The translations under genes were made by a program, and so were the position numbers. From contig JBGSPU010000102.1 in the NCBI GenBank assembly GCA_041738415.1, forward strand, positions 474-64,473: DNA of 64,000 bases, in the 5' to 3' direction. The notes beneath the pieces are model-generated. The model made no database searches. It was not told the origin of the DNA and saw only the letters and a list, made by a program, of their open reading frames with translations. Shown here piece after piece: positions 20,275 to 30,800 of the stretch. This stretch comes from Bythopirellula sp. (GTDB lineage: Bacteria; Planctomycetota; Planctomycetia; Pirellulales; Lacipirellulaceae). Every line of letters begins with the position of its first letter. Position 1 is the stretch's first letter.

Positions 20275-22479
20275 ATGTTTTTTGACGGAGAGCGTTTCGG
20301 GCTGCCACGGCTTTTTCGCAATTTTGTGCTGGCCTTGCTAGCGACTGTCTGCCTGACGACTGCCTTACTGGTTCCCACCGTATTTGCCAGACCCACGGAC
20401 CCTACCCGGGTCGATCGCCACATCGCGATTATGGTTGCCGCGCTAATGGATCGTAGGCATCTCTCTGAGATGCAGATGAACGACGAGATTTCGCATCGCG
20501 CTCTCGATATGTTTTTCAAAAGCCTTGATCGTATGAAGCTTTTCTTTCTCCAGAGCGATGTCGATGAGTTCATGGCCGAACGAGACAATCTTGATGATTA
20601 CGTGAAAGCTGGAGACGTGGGAATCGCCAAGCGGATTTTTGATCGATTCCTCCAGCGTGTGAACGAGCAGGTGGCCGTCGCCCAAGAGTACATTGACGCC
20701 GAACATGACTTTTCGCTTGATGAAACGATGATCCGCGATCCGGAGAAGTGGGACTATGCCAAGACCAAAGCCGAACTCAACGAACGGTGGCGCAAGCGCG
20801 TCAAGTACGATCTGCTCTTGGAGATCGCCGATGAAGTTCCTCACGACGAAGCCGTCGAAAAACTGCACAAGCGCTACCGAGGCATCCAACGCAACTGGGA
20901 GCAACACAGTAATGACGAGCTATTGGAGGATTTCCTCACTGCGATCACCACCAGCTTTGACCCGCACTCCAGTTACATGTCACCCAGTAATTTGGATAAC
21001 TTCACCATTCAGATGCGTTTGGAACTCGATGGCATCGGTGCATCACTCGAATCCAAGTATGGGGAAACGATTGTCCGCCGGATTGTGCCAGGCGGGGCAG
21101 CCGACAAAGATGGCCGCCTGAAAGTGGAAGACATCATCGTTGGGGTCGGTGAAGGCACCGACGGTGATTTCGTCGACATTGTCGACATGAAGATCAATGA
21201 TGTGGTGCAACTGATCCGCGGCAAACCGAATACTATCGTTCGTCTTGAAGTGATGCCCGCAGACAAGTCAGGTCGAAAAATTTATGATATTACCCGAGCT
21301 CGGATTGAACTCAAGGATAGCGAGGCCCGCAGCGAAATCCTTGAGCGACCACTATCACAAACCCCGAGCACAGAGCCATCTGCTCCCGGCGAGATTTCCC
21401 ACATTCTCGACTCGAGTGTTCCAGAAACCGAAACCCCCGAAAAGGTCACTGGTAAAATCTTGGAACAACCGAAGGGACCAAATAGTCCAGCGCGTCGCAT
21501 CGGAGTGATCAGTCTGCCGAGCTTCTACATGGATATGGAAGGCCGTCGGGCTGGCAAGGTGGATTTCAAGAGTACGACTCGCGACGTCCGGAGATTGCTC
21601 GAAGAATTCAACCAGCAGAAGGTTGATCTTGTCGTCATGGATTTGCGTTTTAATGGAGGAGGCTCCCTTCCTGAATCCGTAGAAGCTACTGGCCTGTTTA
21701 TTGACAAAGGTCCCGTGGTGCAGGTGAAGGGTCCCGACGGACGAGTGCAGCCTTATCCTGACGAAGAAGCAGGGGAGGTCTGGTCAGGTCCCTTGGTTGT
21801 GCTCATCAATCGTTTTAGTGCCAGCGCCAGCGAGATTTTTGCCGGTGCCATTCAGGACTATGGTCGCGGCCTTGTGATCGGCGACCATTCGACCCACGGT
21901 AAGGGAACGGTTCAACAATTGTTCGAACTCGGGACGCAAATCTTGCCTCTGCAGGAGGCTCCCAATCTGGGTGCTTTAAAGATGACTATCCAACAGTTTT
22001 ACCGACCCAGTGGAGATAGTACCCAAAATCGAGGGGTTCTCTCTGATGTCGAGATTCCCTATCGCACCAGCTACTGGGAAGGGATCGGCGAGGCAGATTT
22101 GGATTACGCCCTGAAGTTCGACCAGGTCGCTCCGCAGCCGCACGATAATTATCACGCTGTCTCAGCTCCCATGATCCAACAGTTGCAGCAACGATCGGCC
22201 GCCCGCGAGGCTAAAAATGATTTCTTCATCAAAGAACAGAAGAAGATCAAAGAGATCGTCAAACGTCAGCAAGAGCCAACTGTAACTCTCAACAAGGAAA
22301 AGTTCCTGGCTGAGCGTGCCGAAGTGAATTCAGATAAAGATCAAGAAGAAATGTTCGAGAGACTTGAAGACAAAGACAGCCCAGTCTTTCCTATGACGCC
22401 TTACAACGAAGAAGTTATTAACATCGCGCTCGATTATCTTGAGCTATTGCATGAAAATAACGTTGCTGTGGCGAAATAG
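20275..22479 (+). CDS. prc: Carboxy-terminal processing protease (S41, Prc/Tsp type)
   Basis: FDPHSSYM, PDZ (GIGA...GGAADKDGRL), DLRFNGGGSL, SASASEI and GKGTVQ motifs. Confidence 0.93.
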   Translation: MFFDGERFGLPRLFRNFVLALLATVCLTTALLVPTVFARPTDPTRVDRHIAIMVAALMDRRHLSEMQMNDEISHRALDMFFKSLDRMKLFFLQSDVDEFMAERDNLDDYVKAGDVGIAKRIFDRFLQRVNEQVAVAQEYIDAEHDFSLDETMIRDPEKWDYAKTKAELNERWRKRVKYDLLLEIADEVPHDEAVEKLHKRYRGIQRNWEQHSNDELLEDFLTAITTSFDPHSSYMSPSNLDNFTIQMRLELDGIGASLESKYGETIVRRIVPGGAADKDGRLKVEDIIVGVGEGTDGDFVDIVDMKINDVVQLIRGKPNTIVRLEVMPADKSGRKIYDITRARIELKDSEARSEILERPLSQTPSTEPSAPGEISHILDSSVPETETPEKVTGKILEQPKGPNSPARRIGVISLPSFYMDMEGRRAGKVDFKSTTRDVRRLLEEFNQQKVDLVVMDLRFNGGGSLPESVEATGLFIDKGPVVQVKGPDGRVQPYPDEEAGEVWSGPLVVLINRFSASASEIFAGAIQDYGRGLVIGDHSTHGKGTVQQLFELGTQILPLQEAPNLGALKMTIQQFYRPSGDSTQNRGVLSDVEIPYRTSYWEGIGEADLDYALKFDQVAPQPHDNYHAVSAPMIQQLQQRSAAREAKNDFFIKEQKKIKEIVKRQQEPTVTLNKEKFLAERAEVNSDKDQEEMFERLEDKDSPVFPMTPYNEEVINIALDYLELLHENNVAVAK

Positions 22480-22516
22480 CTTCGGACGGTTGGGAACTTG
22501 GGCTCGAACGAGTCTA

Positions 22517-23386
22517 TCAGGCCAGTGGAACGCTTAAGCCATCGTAGGCTAGTTCTACCCCGGCCGGTAGTCTTGCGGAGACTGCGGCATGATCGAGGTC
22601 GTGCGAGAGGTGCGTTAACAGCGTCCTGCGCGGAGCAAGGTTGTTTGCGACCGCCAATGCTTCATCGAGACTGAAATGCGTTGTATGTGGCTTATACCGC
22701 AAGCAATCAAGGATAAGAACCTCCAAACCTCGTAGTTTTTCCATGCTCTCGGGCGGGATCGAATTGGTGTCGGTACAATAGGCAATATCGCCGAAGCGAA
22801 ATCCGAGTACTTTGCAATGCGGCCCGTGCTCTAAACGCATTGGAATGACGTTTGCCCCCAGAATTCTAAAAGGCTCCAAGCCGATTTTCTCCATACGCAA
22901 TTGTGGAACGGCGCCGCTATGCAATCCGCTCGGATCGCGAAACGCATAGTCGAAGGATTTGCGGATGCGGTCTTCCACCTGCGATTCGCAGTATAACGGC
23001 ACGGGACCACCCAGATAGAATTGCATTAAACGCAAATCATCGAGTCCAAAGATGTGGTCGGCATGTTCGTGGGTATAGAGCACTGCTTGAACGATGCCAA
23101 TTTTCTCACGCAGCAATTGGGTGCGCAGGTCTGGCGAGGTATCGATTAGCAGATTTCCCGCTTGGAGGCCTAGCACCAAACTGCACCGGGTCCGCTGGTT
23201 GCGGGGGTCAGAGCTTGTACAGACCTCGCACCCACAGCCAATGGCGGGAACCCCCACGGAAGTACCGGTCCCCAGGAATATCAACTGGCCAAGAATATCA
23301 CGCGTGGTAGGCAAGCGAGTCAAATGCAAGTTCCTATAAATAATGCCAACTAGTTCAGCGGGCCGGTTCGTGGGACAATCGCACAA
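22517..23386 (-). CDS. MBL-fold metallo-hydrolase (PhnP-like); exact start uncertain
   Basis: FLGTGTSVGVP, THEHADHIFGLDDLR, YCTDT and THLSH motifs. Confidence 0.92.
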   Translation of the reverse strand: MCDCPTNRPAELVGIIYRNLHLTRLPTTRDILGQLIFLGTGTSVGVPAIGCGCEVCTSSDPRNQRTRCSLVLGLQAGNLLIDTSPDLRTQLLREKIGIVQAVLYTHEHADHIFGLDDLRLMQFYLGGPVPLYCESQVEDRIRKSFDYAFRDPSGLHSGAVPQLRMEKIGLEPFRILGANVIPMRLEHGPHCKVLGFRFGDIAYCTDTNSIPPESMEKLRGLEVLILDCLRYKPHTTHFSLDEALAVANNLAPRRTLLTHLSHDLDHAAVSARLPAGVELAYDGLSVPLA

Positions 23387-24383
23387 GTTGGCCGAGTAGT
23401 TCCTTCACCTTACCGCGATCGATTGCTTCCGCTGCAATCACGGCTGCTTCTCTTGGCGTGGCAGAGTGGCCAACCACGAGTAACCCCGCCGCAGCGTTCA
23501 AGACCACAATATCGCGTGCCGGACCTGGCTCACCGTCCAACACACTGCGTACCAATTGTACGCTTTCTTCGGGCCCCGTAATTTGCAGAGTATCAAGCCC
23601 TCTGCGAGAAATAGCAAAGTCTTCTGGTTCCCAATCAAACTCTTTTTCTCCAGCGGGGGTTACTTCAGTGACTTGGGTTGCGCCCGAGAGCGTGACTTCT
23701 CCCAGTCCATCGTGTCCACTGACGACAAACGATCGCTCGGTGCCCAACATCCCCAGTGCCGAGGCAATGAGTGGCCTGATTTCAGGGCGTCCCACTCCTA
23801 GCAATTGAAATGCCGCCCCGGCTGGATTTGCCAACGGACCGAGGAGATTGAAAATGGTGCGGATGCCCAACTGCTTGCGAACCGCGGCAACATGCTTCAT
23901 GGCAGGGTGCATCAACGGGGCAAAGCAAAAGCAAATCCCCAGTTCGTTCAAGCAACGTTCCACTTGGGGCACCGTGGCCTCTATATTTACCCCTAATCCC
24001 GCTAGGACATCTGCCGAGCCACTTTTGCTGGTCACACTACGATTACCGTGTTTAGCGACGGGAACGCCTGCTGCGGCGATCACCAGCGCGGCGGTAGTGC
24101 TAATATTGAACGTGGTGCTCCCCCCACCACCTGTGCCGCAGGTGTCTAGCAACTTTTTGTGGCGGCTCAGTATGGGTGTCATGTTGGCTCGCATCGCCGC
24201 CGCAGACCCCGCTACCTCGGCGACCGTTTCTCCCTTATGGGCCAATGCCGTCAGAAATGTCCCTATCTCCAGATCGGTGCAAGCTCCCGTCATGATTTGA
24301 CTGATGGCACTCTTCATCTGGCCAGAAGTGAGATCTTCCCCGGCTATAACCTGGGACCTCATATTGTCGAATGTGTCTGCCAT
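23355..24383 (-). CDS. trpD: Anthranilate phosphoribosyltransferase
   Basis: DTCGTGGGG, FNIST, AKHGNRSVTSKSGSAD and RTIFNLLGPLANP motifs. Confidence 0.97.
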   Translation of the reverse strand: MADTFDNMRSQVIAGEDLTSGQMKSAISQIMTGACTDLEIGTFLTALAHKGETVAEVAGSAAAMRANMTPILSRHKKLLDTCGTGGGGSTTFNISTTAALVIAAAGVPVAKHGNRSVTSKSGSADVLAGLGVNIEATVPQVERCLNELGICFCFAPLMHPAMKHVAAVRKQLGIRTIFNLLGPLANPAGAAFQLLGVGRPEIRPLIASALGMLGTERSFVVSGHDGLGEVTLSGATQVTEVTPAGEKEFDWEPEDFAISRRGLDTLQITGPEESVQLVRSVLDGEPGPARDIVVLNAAAGLLVVGHSATPREAAVIAAEAIDRGKVKELLGQLVRLSHEPAR

Positions 24384-24560
24384 ACTGGTTGTTTCTTGGA
24401 GGAGCGAACCTTACAATGCCCAAAATACATACATATCCAATCGTGGTCGGGATGGAATGATCTCCGCAGGGGGACCAGTTCATCTCATACACCCCGCTCC
24501 CTTATTCTGGCAGGAGTGCCACACTTCTCCTAGGCAAAAAAAGGATCGGCAAGACGCCAA

Positions 24561-25481
24561 ATGGCCAGAAAAGTAATTCTCGATGTGGACCCAGGGGTGG
24601 CCGATGCGATTGCGCTTTGCTTGGCATTGTTTGACTCGCGGTTGGAAGTAGTCGCTGTCACAGCCACGGGGGGAAATGTCGGCCCGAAGCAGGCCACCTT
24701 GAACGTGCAGTCGCTCGTCGAGCAACTCGATCCACAACGCTGGCCCCGAGTGGGGGCTGCCGACCCTGATCAGTTACTCGTGACGGATGGCCGTGAGTTT
24801 TGGGGGGAAGATGGTCTGTGTGGAGCCAACTTTCGCGTCGCCGAACTCCACCATCGTCATTCTGCAGTCAAACTCATCTCGGATGAGATCAAGACATCTC
24901 CTGGAGAAATCACGATTGTGGCGGGCGGCCCCTTGAGCAATATCGCCAAGGTACTCCAACGCGAACCCGATCTGGCGATGCAGGTGGGGCACCTGTTTAT
25001 CGTTGGAGGAACGCTCTCGGGACCAGGAAACGTCACTCCGGTCGCCGAGTTCAATCTTTATTGCGATTCTGAATCTGCTCGTTCAGTCTTTCTCAGCCCT
25101 GTCACTAAGACGTTGCTACCACTAGATATCAGTTCAAAGGTCGTTTTACGCTATGATTTGCTCGATCGCTTGCCTGAAGATAAGACGAACCGTGGCAGGG
25201 TACTCAGAACTTTGCTGCCCAATGCGCTGCGGGCTTCTCACGAGCGGTTGGGAATCGAGGGATTGGTGGCATCCGAAGCGGTCGCCATTGTCGGCATTCT
25301 CCACCCAGAACTATTGACCACCGAACGATTGTACTGTGACGTCGAAGTCAGCGGTGAGCTAACACGTGGGATGACGGTGATCGATCGCCGTCGCAATTCC
25401 CCTCAACAACCTAATATGGATGTCGTAGTCGATATCAACGTCGAGGCGACCATCGACTGCATCCTGCGTGGATTGATGTAG
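24561..25481 (+). CDS. Nucleoside hydrolase family protein with atypical active-site motifs
   Basis: DVDPGVADA, GGPLSNIA, GNVTPVAEFN and GELTRGMTVID motifs. Confidence 0.88.
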   Translation: MARKVILDVDPGVADAIALCLALFDSRLEVVAVTATGGNVGPKQATLNVQSLVEQLDPQRWPRVGAADPDQLLVTDGREFWGEDGLCGANFRVAELHHRHSAVKLISDEIKTSPGEITIVAGGPLSNIAKVLQREPDLAMQVGHLFIVGGTLSGPGNVTPVAEFNLYCDSESARSVFLSPVTKTLLPLDISSKVVLRYDLLDRLPEDKTNRGRVLRTLLPNALRASHERLGIEGLVASEAVAIVGILHPELLTTERLYCDVEVSGELTRGMTVIDRRRNSPQQPNMDVVVDINVEATIDCILRGLM

Positions 25482-25502
25482 CTGCTAACATGCGATGGAT
25501 CT

Positions 25503-26693
25503 CTACCGGGGGTCGGTCGGGTCAGGGACTTTCCACCGCACGATATTGACATAGATAGTCAGCAATTGCCCCGAGCGGAATAACTCCACAGGCACCTTGC
25601 GTCCCACCTCGGTGCGTTTGACAAGATTGATCAAATGTTCGTCATTATCGATAAGCATCCCATCGAAACGAAGAATAATATCGTCCGTTTGAAGGTCCGC
25701 CTCGCTGGCTGGCGAACCGGGTGTTATGTTGGTAACTCGAGCACCCGTCAAACGAGTCAGGCCGACTCGGCGTGCTGTTGCATCGTCAAAACTGCGATCT
25801 AAGGCCACCCCTAAAAACCCACGCTCCACTTCTCCGGCGTCGATCAGTTGACGCATGATGCGAACTGCAATGTTAATGGGAATCGAAAAGCCGATTCCCT
25901 CGTTACCACCCGAATTGCTAGCAATGGCTGTGTTCATCCCGATAACTTCGCCCCGCATATTTACTAGTGGGCCGCCGCTATTACCAGGGTTGATGGCTGC
26001 ATCAGTTTGGAGGAAGTTTTGATACATCACTTCCCCTTCACCAAGATCTAGGTTCGAGCGGCCTTTGGCACTGATGATTCCTCGAGTCACACTTCGCTGG
26101 AGATTGAAGGGGCTTCCGAAGGCCAGCACAACGTCGCCGATTTCCATCTGATCGCTGTTACCAATGCGTGCGGGGACAAGATTGGCTGCTTCGATCAGCA
26201 GTACAGCCACATCGGTCTCGCGATCTTCCCAAATTCGTTGAGGACGGAGTTGTCGGCCGTCAGACAATTCCAAGGAAATCAGACTTGCGTCGGAATGCTT
26301 GATCACATGGCGATTGGTCAGCACATAGTCCGAACCACGATACCGGACTAAAACAGCCGATCCCGCCTCTTCGGCATCGCGCCTGAGGCGATATTGGGGT
26401 CGTGGCGTAGCTTCCACATGGACCACCGAAGGTGAAACTAGCTTGATGACACGCTTATAGATGCCTAATTGAGCATCGAGCGACTCAACATCGCGGTCCA
26501 ACTGGGCAAAGGCTTGTTCACGAGAAAGTACGTTCGGATCGGAGGCTAACTGCTGTGCGGAAAGTGGAGAAAGATCGACTGTTGCCCAACATGCAAACAG
26601 GATGCATGCAAAATTTGCGGCGCATGAGTGCAACGTGCTTCGCAGCATGGTGAGCTTCTCTCTAGGAAGGGTAAGCAAGTTATGGAATCTCAA
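25503..26693 (-). CDS. HtrA/DegP-like trypsin protease with one PDZ domain
   Basis: LTNRHV, DVAV, TDAAINPGNSGGPL and C-terminal RGFLGV PDZ. Confidence 0.94.
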   Translation of the reverse strand: MRFHNLLTLPREKLTMLRSTLHSCAANFACILFACWATVDLSPLSAQQLASDPNVLSREQAFAQLDRDVESLDAQLGIYKRVIKLVSPSVVHVEATPRPQYRLRRDAEEAGSAVLVRYRGSDYVLTNRHVIKHSDASLISLELSDGRQLRPQRIWEDRETDVAVLLIEAANLVPARIGNSDQMEIGDVVLAFGSPFNLQRSVTRGIISAKGRSNLDLGEGEVMYQNFLQTDAAINPGNSGGPLVNMRGEVIGMNTAIASNSGGNEGIGFSIPINIAVRIMRQLIDAGEVERGFLGVALDRSFDDATARRVGLTRLTGARVTNITPGSPASEADLQTDDIILRFDGMLIDNDEHLINLVKRTEVGRKVPVELFRSGQLLTIYVNIVRWKVPDPTDPR

Positions 26694-27103
26694 TCGCTAT
26701 AGCTCAGATCGCTATCAATGAGATTACCCCAATTGTTGCTCACCGAACCACCACCACCCGACTCGGACGCACGTTGACAGTCGATGCAAGTCATGGCGTA
26801 GGGAAGTGCGTTCAAGCGAGCCAGGGGTATTTTGCCTTCACAAACTTCACATTGGCCATAGGTCCCTTCGCGCATCCGCTCCAAAGAATTTTCGATCTGT
26901 GCCAATTCGCGACTTTCGACCTCGGCCAACTGGGAGCTTATTTCATCTTGGGCAGCATCGAGAGCTGCGTCAACAACATCGCCGCCAGTTTGTTCTGGCA
27001 GAGACTTGAGCATACTCAGGTCACCGGCCAATGCCCTCCGTAAGGCATCACGCCGATAAACCAGAAGTTCCCGCAGCTTCAAAATTGAGTCTTTTCTAGC
27101 CAT
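26690..27103 (-). CDS. TraR/DksA family zinc-finger transcription factor
   Basis: Coiled coil with DVVDAA acidic tip; GTYGQCEVC...RLNALPYAMTCIDCQ. Confidence 0.9.
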   Translation of the reverse strand: MARKDSILKLRELLVYRRDALRRALAGDLSMLKSLPEQTGGDVVDAALDAAQDEISSQLAEVESRELAQIENSLERMREGTYGQCEVCEGKIPLARLNALPYAMTCIDCQRASESGGGGSVSNNWGNLIDSDLSYSD

Positions 27104-27830
27104 GTTGTTCACCTTACCGATCAAACCGCGACGACCAATATCCTTTTGCTTTGCCTCTAGGCAAGTTTCAAACAGTTTTCGCGGCTGCCAATTTTCCTCT
27201 GTTCCACTCCGGAAGACGCCGATCCGACCGGCGAAAAACCTGAGTCCCTTTTGCTCCATAGCTCGCCCCCCCACTTAGGGGGAAATTACACGAGATGCAA
27301 CGTAACTATAGTACGCATCCGGCTGAGGTTAGGTCGCTCAGAACCAAAAACCTGATCTCAAACCTCAAAATCGGCCATGCAAATGACATAAGTCCTTAAT
27401 TTGAAAGGGATTAGTGTCGTATTGCCTCTGTTACAAAAACGTTGGATTTAGTGTTCGCTTCCCTTAATAAACTTGGACAAATCGTCTTGCGTCAGGAAAT
27501 ATTGCCTATTTCCCGATTTTTGGACTTCCCGTCTAGTGACTTCTCAGCACTATCGATCATCGGTCATTCTAGGGCGCTGGAACACCAAATTTCTGATGCA
27601 ATCGGCAAAAACTGACCAACTCCACTTTCCCTAACTACTTAGGCTGACTCGCCACTGAAAACAATTGGTTTTCTACATTGAAGGACGTAGCATTTTCGGC
27701 ACATCTTTGCCTGAATAGTTCATTCGTGACCTATTCTTGCGTAAATCATGATTTCTCAGGCAGCCCCCTTGGGGAGTGTATCGTCAGTTCTCAATACTCC
27801 TTTAATTTTGCATTCTCTTGCTAGGCACCT

Positions 27831-30800
27831 ATGACCACTCTGCATACAGAAGAAACGATTGCTTCGCAAAGTCCACCGACGAATCGGATGCGGCTTCAGC
27901 TAGACATCTTCGCGGAGGACCAGTGGGCCCATTCACTTGAAGTGCCCGTGGGCAAATGCACCATCGGCTCAAGCCCAAGTTGCCAAATCCGTCTTTCCGA
28001 GAAGCAGGTGCGCCCGCTGCACTGTCTGCTCCTGCATGGTTCTGAGGGAGTGACTGCCACAAGTTGGGCCCCCGGGATGTTGCTCAATGATCAAGAATTC
28101 TCCTCCGCGCCACTGTATGTGGGAGACGAACTTTCGATCGGCAATCTACGCTTAAAATTGGCAGTCGCAGATCCAGGTGATTCAAGTTCGGAAAAGGACG
28201 CTGAGTATACCTCCAATTTCCAACCAGATCCCGCACAGATTCCTGACCCATCGCCAGATCCACATCCTCCCCAGTCAGCAGATGAATCGACTGAAATATG
28301 CGATGTCCACGAGATCCCAGCGACGAGCGCCGACGAAAACTTGTGTCTAGGAGAAACAAAACTCTCCCAATCAAATCAGCAAGCACGGCAACGTTGTCGG
28401 CGTTTGCTTGAGGGTCTCCGCCATCAACGCGATTTGGCAAAGAATCTGCGCCAAGAAGTAGTAGCCCATACTGACAGGCGGGAAGCTGTCGAGCAGGAGC
28501 GTGATTCCCTCGCTGCCGAGTTGGAACAACTGCGCACTACCTCCTCCGCTGAGAACCGCAGTCTCGCTGAGCAACTGCAAATCTTGCAAGGCGAACGCGA
28601 TTCGCATGTCGCTGAACTGGAACAACTTCGTACGAGTTCCTCCGCTGAGACCCGCAGACTCACTGAGCAACTGCAAACTTTGCAAGGCGAACGCAATTGG
28701 CTTGCCAGCGAGGTGGAGCAAGTCCGTTCTAACAGCGTTGATGAAACTCAGCAACTCAACGAACAAGTCCAATCCCTCCAACAAGAGCGTGATTCTCTGG
28801 CCGGTGACTTGGAACAACTACGCACTAACTCAGCTCAGCAGACCCACAATCTCACCGAACAACTCCAGAATTCGCATGCTGAGCGCGACTCGCTTTTCTG
28901 TGAACTGGAACAACTCCATGCCAACTCCGCCGAACGCGACTCGCAGCAATCCGCCGAATTGGATCGTGTCTTTGGTGAGTTAACAAGTGCGTATGAGAAA
29001 ACCACGCAAGCCGAAGAAGCACTTCGGGAAGCCCAAGCTCGATCCGAGGAATTCCAGCATCGCATCGAAGAATTGATTGCGGAGTGTGAGCGACTAGCAA
29101 ATTCCAGTCAGACACTTCACGAGCAAAAGGAACAACTTGCTCAGACAATTGCCGAGCGAGATTGCGGAATCACCGAACTCGAGCAAGAACTCAGAGTTGC
29201 ACAAGAAGTAGCGCAAGTTGCCGGGGAGAAACTGGCAGAGCAGATGCAGAGCCGGGAGAAACTTTTCAATGAACTGACTGCATTGCACGCCGAGCGAATT
29301 GAAGCGGAGTCTGAGATTGAACGACTCAAGCGAGAATCTGATGAATTGCAACGCACTAGCTCAGACTACCTGCAGCAATTGCACGCGGCCGAGGAATCGC
29401 TGCGAGTTGTTTCCGACCAACTTGAACAGCAGACTGAGGAACTGGAATCGCTTCGCAAGGAACTACCGGGGCTGCAGGCCGAACGCCATGAGTTTTCGGT
29501 CGAAAAGGAAAAGCTGATCCAAGAAACAGACGCGAAGCGGAAACGCATTGAGCTGCTCGAGATCGACGTTAAAAGTTTGAACCGCGAATGGCAGCAGTCT
29601 CTTGCCGAAGTTTCACGCTTAAAAGAAGCGCAACTGGCAGCCGAAACGCGTATCGAATACCTGGAAACGGAACAAGCAAACTTTGATAAAGATGCGTTTG
29701 AAGCACTTTCCACTGAACGCAATGAGCTGGCAAACGAATTACGCGATCTCCAAGAAGATATTGCAGCACGCGACGAGCTCTTGCAAAACGCCTACGAGCG
29801 TCTCGAACAACTTCAAGCGATCGTGTCCCAAAGCGAAGACGACCATGCCGCGCTTGCCGAAGATATTGCCGCACGAATCGGCCAAATCGAGCTCTTGACG
29901 GACGAATTGGATGCTCTGAGAGAAAATGTGGCGCGGCATGGCGAAGAACGCATCCAATACACGGAGCAGCTCACCGATCGTGAGAAAACAATTGAGCAAC
30001 TTCATGTTCAATTCGACGCTTTGAGAACTAGTATCACGCAAGTGGAGCAAGAGCGGAATGAAATCGCTCAACGTCTCGCTTCACAAGAGACACAGTTTGC
30101 CCAAATAACCGCGGAGCTCGAAGCTCAGCGGTCGAAAGCTGAGCGATACGAAGAAGAGCGGCTGCAACATGTCGAGGGTCTCTCCGCCTGCGAGAAGCAG
30201 ATAGAATCGCTAACCAACGAACTCGACAACTTGCGAACTGGCATGATGGAGGTCGAGCAAGAGCGGGACCAACTCGTAGAGCGTTTGGCTTTTCAGGAGA
30301 CCCACAGTGCCGAATTGAGTTCAGAGTTGGAGGCCATGCGTTCCAATGACTCTGGTGTTGAGCAAGAGAACGAGCAGTATGCCCAGTGCATTGCTACTCA
30401 AGTTGACCAGATTGAACATCTAACCTCTCAACTCGAAGCCGCTTTAAAGAGTTTTTCTCTTGTGGAGCAGGAACGCGACCACGTCGCCCAGCGGCTCGCA
30501 GACCGAGAGGCCAATATCGAGCAGTTGACAGCCGATCTTGACCAATCACGAGAATTGTTGGCTGATTGTAGTGAGAAAGCTCAACAATTAAATGTGGTTT
30601 ACCATCAGACTCTTGCGGAACTCGAGCAAGCTCGCGAAACAATTCTGACGAGTCCAGCAAAAGAAGTGAAAGCCCTTACCAGCGAGGTTGAGCAGGAATC
30701 TGAGCTAACTTCGGAGTTCACATCAGAGGACTTTACTGACAAGGATGAACTGGCGACAGAGGCACTTAGTGCGTCAAACGATGTCGATGAAGATCGACCG

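Noticed and set aside
27275-27830. 555-bp intergenic gap as a possible ncRNA or hidden gene
   Set aside because: It lies between divergent genes, is AT-richer and promoter-like, and shows no convincing ORF or stable structure by eye.
28497-28935. Regularly spaced DNA repeats as a possible CRISPR array
   Set aside because: The repeats are in-frame 96-nt coding units without unique spacers, and no cas genes are present.
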